Shown here piece by piece: positions 52,993 through 64,000 of a DNA stretch of 64,000 nt; the first letter of the stretch is position 1; each line of letters starts with the position of its first letter. The stretch is from Antedon mediterranea (lineage: Eukaryota > Animalia > Echinodermata): the NCBI RefSeq assembly GCF_964355755.1, contig NC_092675.1, forward strand, positions 22,168,912 through 22,232,911, written 5' to 3'. Made by a program: the position numbers and the translations under genes. The notes beneath the pieces are model-generated. The model saw only the letters and a program-made list of their open reading frames with translations. It was not told where the DNA came from and ran no database searches.

Positions 52993-54818
52993 TTATTATA
53001 CACTTTGAACCATCATCATTTGTTTTCAGATATAATGTTTATGATTTAACGTTTTATTACATTCACACTGGGTCCACCCTATTATTTTATCACCGAAATC
53101 ATCTTTTGTGAGATTCACTCACCTTTAATAATTCTGCACTAGAAAACATTATATATTATCCATGTAGCCTACATTTCATTATATATAGATCATTGCTATA
53201 GAATTGCTATTTTTTTTTTCTTATTGTCGGTTTTTTTTCTTGTTATGTTCTCGTTCATTTGGAGATCTTCTCTTTTATTTTATATAAGAGGGCATACTTG
53301 AAAATAAAATAAAATGTAACATAGGCCTACAGTATATCCTTAAAACATTAAAAAGGAAACCAATTATAGTTATTGGTAAATTGTAAAGCGTGTTCTTATT
53401 TTTTTTTTTACACACGGTACATCAATACCAAAATCACAGAAGAAGGTGGCGATCAATGTAAAACAACTACATTCTACGATCAAAGATAACATTCTACAAC
53501 TCTCATCGGCATTATGAAAAGAAGTGACAAAATTCTCTTAGGGTACGTTTCCAAAACCAAGATATACAATAACTATTAGACTTTCTTTTCGGCGAGCGTT
53601 ATCAAATAGTCATGTTTGCTGGATCAATTCTGCCAACAAAGAACAGTGTTACAAACAATATAAGTACATTTAATGCAAATTGTATACTTTGTTAATAATA
53701 TTATCCTGGCCTGGCCTCGCAAGTTGTTCTGTGTATCAGTTGAGCAATAGAAACTTGACGAACCCGTTTGTTGTAACTGATACCTCACAGCTGCAACACC
53801 ATATGTATTAAGTTATTATTTTTAACCTTTCAATTTTGTGTAATGGTATTATATACCTGTACCACCGATTAATTTCACTCTTTCCTGAACTGATAAGTGA
53901 AAAAAAAAAATGTTAAAAGATACACAAATGTTTATGCAGCAGCAAGAACATAATGTGCAAAATACAGACGACAAGAGGCTATAATTTATTATATTAAGCT
54001 TATTTTTGTTATGCTACATTTTACATCTAAACTTATAGATAGCTCATGAAATAAATGTGTTGGAATCAAAGTTCATTCTGATGACAGTCTGTATTCTATA
54101 CATTGTTTGAAAACGACAGAATGATTTTGAGTTTTCTTTCGACGCCTCGTTTCTAAAATAACGTTTTCGACAATGATCTTTTTTTCTCGTTTTTAAAATA
54201 ATGTGCATAGCCTATACATTATATTTATACTGTCTGAGTTCGTTTGTAAACATTATGACGGAATGTCCGCAGATAAATGGATTTGAATTAGGCCTATGTC
54301 TTATTATCATATAGGTGATAACATTTATAACCATTTTGGTAGTTAATATACCTATTTATTAATACGAATTGGCTCTTTTTTTTTTCGATAAGTGCGCAAT
54401 TGGCCTCATAAGTAATTAACAATAAAACATTATACCGCGGTTGTATTTCCTTATACAGTATTATTGTATCACGGAGGACGGTATAAAATGTACAGGCCTG
54501 TACCTTCATTATCGTATGGTGCTTTGTGATGACCCTTGTAATTACATCCCATAGACCTTTTCTATGCCACCATTTATCTCCTCCTTAGAGACAATCAAAC
54601 TTCACTGCCTATAACTTAAGCCTCCAATCGAATGATTATACCCTGGTTTTTGATGACCCATGTGATTGCAGTGCACCATTAGCCCATTATTTTACTAGAA
54701 TTTATCCGGAACTTCCCTGCCTAACTAAACTTCTTATTGTAGGCATATTACCGGTAGTGTATGGAATCCCTTCCCAATACCAACCCCTTCCTTAGAGACT
54801 ATCGTACTGCAGCCTATA

Positions 54819-54953
54819 GTTGCTGTCTATATAGGACATGTACGACAAATATGGATGCTCGGAAATACTGTACTTTTCTATGGCGTAAACCTGGTTGCTG
54901 TCTATGCAGCACGTGTACGACAAATATGGATGCTCGGGAATACCATACTTTTT
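54819..54953. repeat. Duplication with 75-bp period x2
   Basis: gttgctgtctat...tgtacgacaaatatggatgctcgg.aatac at 54819 and 54894. Confidence 0.9.
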
Positions 54954-56603
54954 CAATTGACTTTCAAGTACTTCCTTAAGTAAGGCATGAAGAGTTAGTA
55001 GGTAAAGCTGTTTTGAAACTCACTCTGACTAATGCAATAGCAGAGTGAGAAATTTGCCTAATTTGGATTTCCGCTAAAAATACTCAAATGTAAATGTAAT
55101 ATCTCTACTTTGTATTGTTGGTTGATACTAATAAACACACCAGGGACACGTGATTATTACGTATAGGCATTGTCGAATCTCTTTTTAAAAAGTAAGTCTT
55201 TTCATTTTTACATCTAGGCCTACCTGTTTTATATTAATTTTTCTTTTCTTTTTGCATAGGCCTAACTATTATTAAATCATTAGATCACAGAGAAATAAAT
55301 AATTTTTTTAATAGAACAATAATACACATTTACAAATATGCAAATATTGTTTAATATCTAAATGTTGTTTACACGCAAAATCTCCTATCTAGGCGACGAT
55401 ACAATTAACGCTCACAAACGCCAATCATGCATTCAATACCTAAATGATATAATATTCAAATTATCTTATTTTATCATTATTTAAATTCTATTTACCTCTG
55501 TTAATTTTAAAATGTTCTTCTTTCTTGCGTACATTCAGTAATTTCTTTTCACTTTTCTCCACAAATTGTTTTCCAATCAATATTGTAAAAATTTATATTT
55601 ACATGCAACAAGCCTATGGATGATTCGACAAATAATTCATTTTATATATTAAATTGCTATTTTACTTATATGAGACACTTGATTATGTTTTTCAGATTAT
55701 AACTTAATTTATAAATTATTATATATATTCTATAAGCCACCTGTAATGTCAACAGAAAGTATAATAATATTATTGAAGAGAGTCTGAAGAAAAGTGATCG
55801 ACGAATTGAAGCGACATTTACGTTCATTCATACATATTATAGGCCCTAATTATTATTGATTAATAAAACAAATATTATTTAACAGAATTTCGATAAATTA
55901 AACACAAAAAACCATTAATAACTTGATAATGAATGATTTTATATTTAATTGTCGGATGCCTAACGTACGTTTATTATGTGTTAAAACATTGTGATGCCTA
56001 CTAAATTGTACTTCAAAATTTAAGCCTATTGATAAAGATGACATTAATGATAGAAAACAGACAATGATGATTCATAAACGAAGAACATGAAAGGAAAACC
56101 GTTTCAAATCAATTGCTAGTTTGTATTCGTTTCATAATTCGTTAATTCGATTTTTTTCTTTCGGCGTGGGGAATGCAACATTTTTTATGAATTAATTTCA
56201 TCCATCGAAACAGAGTATTGTAATCCTCTGACATGGCTAGAACTCAGACAGAAAAACAGATAGGTAACACAGATTGAAATACAACTATTACTAGGTTGGC
56301 TAGAACCTCTGGGTATTGCTTTGTCATGCTATGTATGCGTGTCTAGAGTGTTAGCCTATAAATTGGTGTCGGCATACACACTACAGTATTACGGCAGCTG
56401 CTCAGGAGGAAACCGCTTTGCTACCTGGAGTATTTCGTATCCTCCTCCTCTATCCACCTGAGCGTCTAACCTCCCTCTTCTCGACATCAACGATGATTAA
56501 GGTAAACAACTATCTTTTGCTTATCTATTTTTCACGCATTTCTTGTGATTCATTGCACGGTGGCTCAGTTTGCGTTCCTTAATTATCCTTCACCGCCCAC
56601 TAA

Positions 56604-56617
56604 TTACCAGGGGGCGC
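56604..56617 (+). promoter_or_regulatory. CTCF-like motif
   Basis: ttACCAGGGGGCGC matches 12 of 14 positions of the CCACCAGGGGGCGC core. Confidence 0.4.
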
Positions 56618-59600
56618 GCAACTAATTTTGTCACGTCATCGTGCTAGAGTTCACACCTTTTGACACGGCCTTAACAAGTAAAACTTGGCTAGCAAAGGGA
56701 AACTACACGTTTGTAAAGCATATCATTGGTTTAACCTAATATATTTGCGGTTTAAGTTTAGTGTAATGATAGAAAAATATAAGAATTAATCAATTGAATA
56801 AATTCATTAGGGTCCTATAGATTGACCTTATGGTACTTATCAAATATAAATGTGCTTATTAATTGATTACAACAGTTTAAAGCTGTATATTAATGTAACA
56901 AATCATTTCAAATAAAGGAAATAGTCAACCTGTAAGAAAATACCACTTTGGCACGTTTTAGTTTTTTAAAACTTTAAAATATGCTACTGTCTGTCTAACT
57001 TAATTAACCAAAGACTAATTTGAATTTAACGAAATTATTAGGTATAATTAACTATATTTTCCATCCCAAATACGTTTATAATTCGAGCAAATTCTGCATT
57101 CGGTGACTCTGGCTCACCACATGATTCGACACAAACTTTGGTCACGTGGTAGACGGCTAAAAGGGATTTGAAATACTCCCATAGGATTATGATAGAAATT
57201 TATTTTAATTCGAATGATTCATTAATTTTACTTTGATGAATAATTGAGATATTTCGAGTCCTTCTCCTGTTTACCGATATAGGCATCACATGAACAAGGT
57301 AACCCTACTGGACTTCATTACTGTAAGGCTTAAAGTTCATTAATCGTAATTCAATAGATTGAGTTAACATTGAATTTATAATGGGGACACTCACATGATT
57401 TTATAAGATTACATCTTACAGTCCGTCGAAATAAGTAGTACACAAGCAGTTACTTAAAAATTCATTAATCACAATTAATACGGCAGAAAATACATCTTAA
57501 CAGAATATTAAATAAGTACCGTTATATTTCCGTATAATTTCTTACATATGGCTCTACGTTTTCTTATCATTAATTTTGTACCTATTATGTAATTATTCTA
57601 AGCAACGAATTCAATACTATCAGTCACATACCACAAAATGTCTTATCCTCGGTGTTTTTATTTTATTCAATCCTTTACAGTAAAATAGAAATCTGTATTA
57701 TAATATATTCCAGCTCAGTAATAATTATTATTATTATAACAATATAAATGTATACTTTTATATGTTGTATTGTATTTTTAGAGGCTTCTGGTATACTGTT
57801 TTTACTTAATAAAAATAAATCGTGTAAGCAACAAAGGTGTTGATTTTATTTCACATAATTACTTCAAAGTTGTTGTAAAATGTGTGTTTATATTTTACAG
57901 AATTAAGTTGTTAAAATGCATTTACGATGCTAGCTGATTAGCCACAGCACCCGTAAAGGTCTCAATGATGTTGCCTTTTTCCGACCAAAGGTCCAATTGT
58001 CACGTTGAATTAATATACTCCACCGTCTGTGTAACTTATTAAGTTGGGGAAGCGAAGGTGTGAAATTGATTGAAGAGAAAATGTTGTTTGCTTTCCTGGT
58101 AATTTCATGGCCTAGTGGTCACAAATTGCCCAATTCACAAGATTATTAAACATTAAGTACTATGGTGTGGCAAGCATTTGATTATAATAACAGTTGGACT
58201 TATACCAATTTAAACAGACCGCACAATACTATTGCAACTCAATATAAAAAATAATATAAATAATTATAATATTTACTGTATAACAGTAGATTTACGACGA
58301 CAGTTTATTGTGTTACTGTTTTTAATATATTTTCCTTATACTAAATAGTAGATTTTGTTTTCGTTGTGGGGTTTAATTTCTTTCACTAACTATTTCTTAT
58401 GTTCTTTTATCATAATTTTCTTCTGATATGATAGTATGCCGCTTGAACACTACAATTAAATCGAAATAAGTTGTAGAGAAAAACAGCGATAATACTCAAG
58501 ATCAAATATAAAAAACTTTCATTATAAAAATATAAATTTTGACTGAGGCTGAACATTAGTACACTTAAACAAAAAAAGGAACTTATTAACAGTACATTGT
58601 TTATCCAGTCTGAAACGGTTATTGAGGTAGAATACATTTCATTAAAAAAAATATTTTCTATATTTTTCTAAGTATTAAAAAAAAAAATAAACCGTTGAAA
58701 AAAACAAGAACATCGCTGACCCTGTGTAAGTTGGTTCTTTAGAAAGTATCAATACACAGATTATTGAAAGGTATCAGTTTACTCAGGCTTAATGGACTGA
58801 ACAGAAGTCAAAGGTTTTATTTACCAATACGGTTCAATATCCACAAAGCAGTCAAAGCTTAGTCAAACAAGTTCACTTTAGTTTTTGTATCTGATTGTTG
58901 AAGGTAAATTCGCCAAGCTTTTGGTGATTAAAATTGTGTCAATTTGAGGCAGTCTAAATCTTATAATTGATATTTACAGAATTGAAATTCACATTTTCAA
59001 GGCGTTTATGTAATCTATTCAAGAATTTCGAGAAAAAAAACCAAAAACTAGTCATAGGCTATAGGAGATGATTTTGTTCAACTCTAATTTTGACTGGCTA
59101 CTAAACTAATACATCCTGATATTTTGTTTTGAGCACCAAATAAAACTTGAACAAAAACTTTGTTTTCATGGAGAGACTCGAACTTCGGTTATAAAAATAT
59201 ATAGGGCCTATTAGATCTATTTTGTAACGTTATGAGAAGAAGGTTGAAATTGGAAATTATTAAAAGCAGTAACAATTTTGGTTTCAACTTTCATTTTTTT
59301 ATATTTCATATTTTTAATTTTGATTATAAACTAATATTAATTTCAGTAGACGTTAAAAAAAAAATGTTTCAATTCGTTATTGGTTATTATACTCTTTATT
59401 TGTTATTTTTCACCGGTGTATTTTTGTTGAAAACCAAGCCTTAGGCCTAATTTCTTTAATTTTGTATTTCAGTTCTCATGAGTGCACTAGAAGTTGCAAA
59501 TAACATCAAGCCAACGATTTAAAACATCAAAAATGATGATTTTCAGCACTGTACGGTGAACAATGTTTTAAAAACTGAGTTAAAAAGCTTATATTTCGTT

Positions 59601-61639
59601 TAAAAATGTTGCCGCATTTTAGGTTATCGGCGTTTTTATTGAAATCTATTCCGTAAATATCGCATTTGGTTTTAGGCCCTTATTGAATAGTCTTTGTTGC
59701 AGCTGTAAACACATTTGTTTGCATTGCAGTTTTATTTCAGCAGTATTTTTACCGCATTTTGGTTTGAATGCCGTTTGACTCCGACTTGGTATACGTGTTA
59801 CTAGACGTCATTGCTTTTATTAATTATAGCTCGTCCTCCTGATCATGTTTCTAGATACTTTTCTATCACAGAAATAAATGTGACTGAAGCATCTTAATGC
59901 GAATATCGACGTGCAAGGCGAGACGAAGATGCAGTAATAGAGCACGAACCTGATACAACACATTGTCCGTAGAGTCAAATTATTTAAAATCCCAAAGACT
60001 TATTAGCTTTTGGGGAAATAAAGACTTCTCCATCTATCTAATTATTGACAGTAGCAAGCACATCCCGCGATACGTTATGGCCATAGTTGTTTTTCAACTC
60101 TTTTAAGTCGACAAAACACATGATATAGATAAAAATGTTACTAACTGATAATTACCAATTAGCAGAAGTAACACTACAAGCCTATAGTAGATGGCGTTCA
60201 GCTTTATGGATTCTAATAGGTTTAGAGTCATTGATGATCGGACATTGACGGAATAACACACTCACCTTAAACCATACACAAGGTGGTAATGTTGAAAACA
60301 CACCATTATCGCTATTTTATTATTTCCATCAAATCCCCTGAGATTAAACTAGATCAGTGGACTTGTATTAATACATTTTATTACCAATCACGAGTGACGT
60401 TTTCTTTCCTTTTTTATTTTATTATTATAAATAAGCATGAGAAATATAAAGTTTATTATTCATTTTATTATGGGTATTAGCTTATACCGTAACTCAATTC
60501 TATAGACAAAACGTATTGTCTCATTATTGTTACTCTATTCGTCATATCAGTTTGTTTAATTTAAAACTATTATTTTACCTGTGAGTATAAGTAAAGTTCT
60601 CAAAGAGTATTTGATTATTTAGAAATATAAGCTAGCCTTTTTACTTTGTTTATGCTGATGTATACAATAAAACGACCGTAAAACCAAATGTTTGAAAGAA
60701 TATAGAAAAAAATATCACAAGTATAGCCCTAAAACTAACATATTATGATGAATTTATCTATATTTTATTGAAGGAATACGACAACAGAGAGGAAAAACTG
60801 TATAAAGTGCAACAAGTCCGAGTACAAAACATGATTTGATGAGAAAATGTCCGCATTTTAAAGATTGTATAGGCCTATAGTCATGAAGAAATATAGGTTG
60901 ATGGTATTGATATTAATGATTCAGCAGACAATGATTTGATCATTGTATCCATCCAACAGTGTCCGTGATCACTTTCTTCCAGATGCAACTTTTGTTAGAA
61001 ATCTCTATTTAAGGCTTTATATTCGTTTTTCTCGTATGGCAATTCTTGTTCATGTTTTATATAGACCACAGTACCTCTTATTACAACTATGGTCTCAATT
61101 GATATACCCTATAAGAATGAATGAACAAATAAAGTTCGAAATATTGAATCACAATGGTTTGCCTTATATTTTTTGAGTTTTTTTATTATCCTTTCAATCT
61201 GGACACCCTAATGATTATTATTTGTTGTATAAATACTACGTCATGCATGAAAAAATAGCATATGTCATATGTTAATTGTATTTACATTACATAATATTTA
61301 ATTAGGTCGCAACTCCCATCGGGTTTCAAACGATTAAATGTATCTTAAACAACTTAATCACAAATAATACAGTAGAAGTGCGTAACTCCTGTTACATAAA
61401 AATTAAATGTATCTTTACTAAAGTACGGTAGGCGTAACATTCTAAATAATTTCGTTATGGAAGATTAAGATGCACTATGCAGATCATGAAAGTATCATGC
61501 AGGTAACTCCGTGATGCAGATGTCTCTTACTCTTTTTTTATACCTGTAAAAACATTGACATTTTAAAATGTATTTGTAATCATATATTTATATTTATTTA
61601 CAGGAATATGGAGTTTCTAAACCGCCCAGTGATAGCTGT

Positions 61640-61953
61640 GGAAAGGATTTGTTTTACCGTACTCCTATATCTACTGCGATGACAATGCTTTCTCGTTTAT
61701 TGTTTCTTATTTATGTTTGTTTAAATAAAATATAAATATTGTAAAACTGGACTTACTAATAATACGATCATTTTAATTGTTAACATGTATTATATTTTGA
61801 ACGGAAAAAAATAATGGAAATTTGTTTTTCCGTCCTTTTATATCTACTGCGATAACAATGCTTTTTGGTTTATTATTTCTTATATTTGTTTAAGTAAAAT
61901 ATAAATATTGTAAAGGTAGACTCACTAAATAATACGATCATTTTATTTGTTAA
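61640..61953. repeat. Diverged duplication with a period of about 173 bp x2
   Basis: tatatctactgcgat.acaatgcttt...aaatataaatattgtaaa...aataatacgatcatttta at 61666 and 61839. Confidence 0.85.
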
Positions 61954-64000
61954 TTAATAAAATTAATGAAATGTTTCGTTTGGTTAAGTTTGGATGCTTT
62001 TCTTTTGTAATTGCATTAACAAAAAATTGTTTTAGGCCTATTTAAATAATTCATATTAGGCCTATATTTGTTATTACTTATCAATAATTTTCTATAAATA
62101 ACGTGGTAATAGAATAGATACAGTCAGGATAGAATCCACGGCGGTAGGTAACTGGTCGATTCGGCCTTGAATATGGACAGGTATAGGTAAGCCCCGGTGT
62201 TAGCTTGTCTACCTCCTTACGGGATACGATCACGGACCACATACACAATTTATCTCCATTGCTTACATTAGCCATGCTTTGGCTTTCGGCTCACCTGTGA
62301 AAACATGCTTAAATCTGTTTACAAACTGTGTATCAATAATTGATGGATTACAAAGGAAACAAGCATGTTAATGAACTGCATGTTTATATACTAATGAGTT
62401 AATACGAAAGGTAACGGCTACTGTTTCTACCATCAATGTTACAAGGAGTCAGTTAGTTATCCCGCTGATCGTCAACATATCTTATGTTAGGTGAACTTGA
62501 TCTCAGTATACTGATGCCGCGATGTCGACATGGCCCGGTTCATATCGAATCAGACATGAACAAACATTCTCACACCTCTGCCTATTATAATGATATATCA
62601 ATGTTTAAGTGCTTTAATTACAATAATACTTGATATAAACATATAAACTAACCAATTGGCACCTTCGGGCTAGAAAACAAGTTTCTCACCCTCGTTTACA
62701 GTGACGTCACCAGTACAAATTATAATATCACAATATGGACTACTTATCATTAGCCAAATAAGTATCTTATTTATAATATAACATCGTTAAAACAGTTGTA
62801 TTATACGAGCATTATTACATTAATTTTTAACATTAGGTCTATAACAATATCATCAACATGTTACATGTCAGATATTTATTGAAAAGAACTTCAATCAATT
62901 TACACACAGACTAATTACGGTTCATATCAACAAAAGGTTTTAAATTAACGAATTTTCTCGATACAAAATGTATAGTCAATAATTTGATTATGCATGGATG
63001 GAAACAATATTATACAAATTTAATTTTGTTTCTATAATTGATAGAAAATAATAATTTTTTAAACGTTTGATTGTGCATTGTCCATGGTAACGTGTTTTTG
63101 ATGATATGGGACACAAGGTTTTTTTGACAATACAATGTTTTAATATAATTATACGTGCATTAAGGAACATTATTATTGTACAGAGATGGCATGATAAAAT
63201 CACTTAAGAAGTTTGTAGGAGGCCTACAATTCTAACCTGGATGACAGCAAGATAAAATGGAGTAAAATCGGAGAAGCCTTCGCCTAGCAGAATGATGATT
63301 ATTATTGGAATCACAATTTCTGCTGATTACAAACTTATCAATTGCAAACGCGGAGTATCGGTACTGTATCTATCATTTATTTCAGATTGGCAAATTCTTT
63401 AATACAGTGTCACATGTGACCCTGTATCATAGCTATAAGCTTAATCCAATATAATGCAGGCGCCATTTAATATTTTGTATGTGATACTGTATTATATACC
63501 GTAATTTGCCATGATACTAGTAATGACATGTGAAGATACAGTCAGGTAAACATTGCTTCAAATATGTACTGTCCTAGCCTTCTTAGATCTCATCCACAAA
63601 TAATTTCAAGTACTAAAAAAAAATTAAAATTTGTGATTATTATTTTACAATTTTGCTTTAATCGGTATCAATGTTACAGTATTATTAATGTTACTTCATA
63701 TAGGCCTAGGCCTAATTATACAGTATTTTATATGTATTGTACCCACGTATATACTCGCCTACCGTACGGTACTGTTTCAACTGACAAATGAATAGTCTAA
63801 AATATATTGTTAAACTTTACCTGAAAGTTTAGCAAATTTTTATTATACTACTAATTTTACTGCAATATAAATTATGGGTAAAATATTGGTAAAAATTATG
63901 CTTATAATTTATAGAGTAGGTTTATGCTTTGTAATTGAGTAAGTTGATTTTATGAGTCTACAAAAAGACATCATATATTATGGTATACGTGTACGACATA

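Noticed and set aside
45000-64000. Phosphoglucomutase (PGM1/PGM5) exons expected from vertebrate synteny
   Set aside because: I saw no KPGTSGLRK-like or other PGM peptide. Short exons could have been missed by eye.

Overview
AT-rich animal genomic DNA, most likely an invertebrate deuterostome such as an echinoderm (inferred from composition, repeat types and gene content, not proven). I can support two protein-coding genes, both on the + strand. The first is the last three coding exons of a ZNG1/CBWD (COG0523/CobW-type zinc metallochaperone GTPase) gene at 3808-3873, 30620-30743 and 38906-38961, split by introns of about 26.7 kb and 8.2 kb; the ORF track covers only the middle exon. The second is an intronless FoxD forkhead gene at 41679-42893, about 2.7 kb downstream. 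This ZNG1-to-FoxD order matches the vertebrate CBWD-FOXD4 neighbourhood and looks like a genomic regulatory block. A (TA)n hotspot inside a ZNG1 intron (about 825-1660) holds Penelope-like remnants with three minimal type I hammerhead ribozyme motifs, two with intact cores. The most unusual signal is about 45 copies of the palindrome TAGGCCTA. Aligned copies of one MITE family show three cases where TA has become TA-GGCC-TA by a precise 6-bp insertion, and one such site lies in-frame in FoxD. The rest is MITEs, Helentron-type elements, tandem repeats and candidate enhancers. Most other short ORFs in the track look spurious. All counts and alignments were made by eye.
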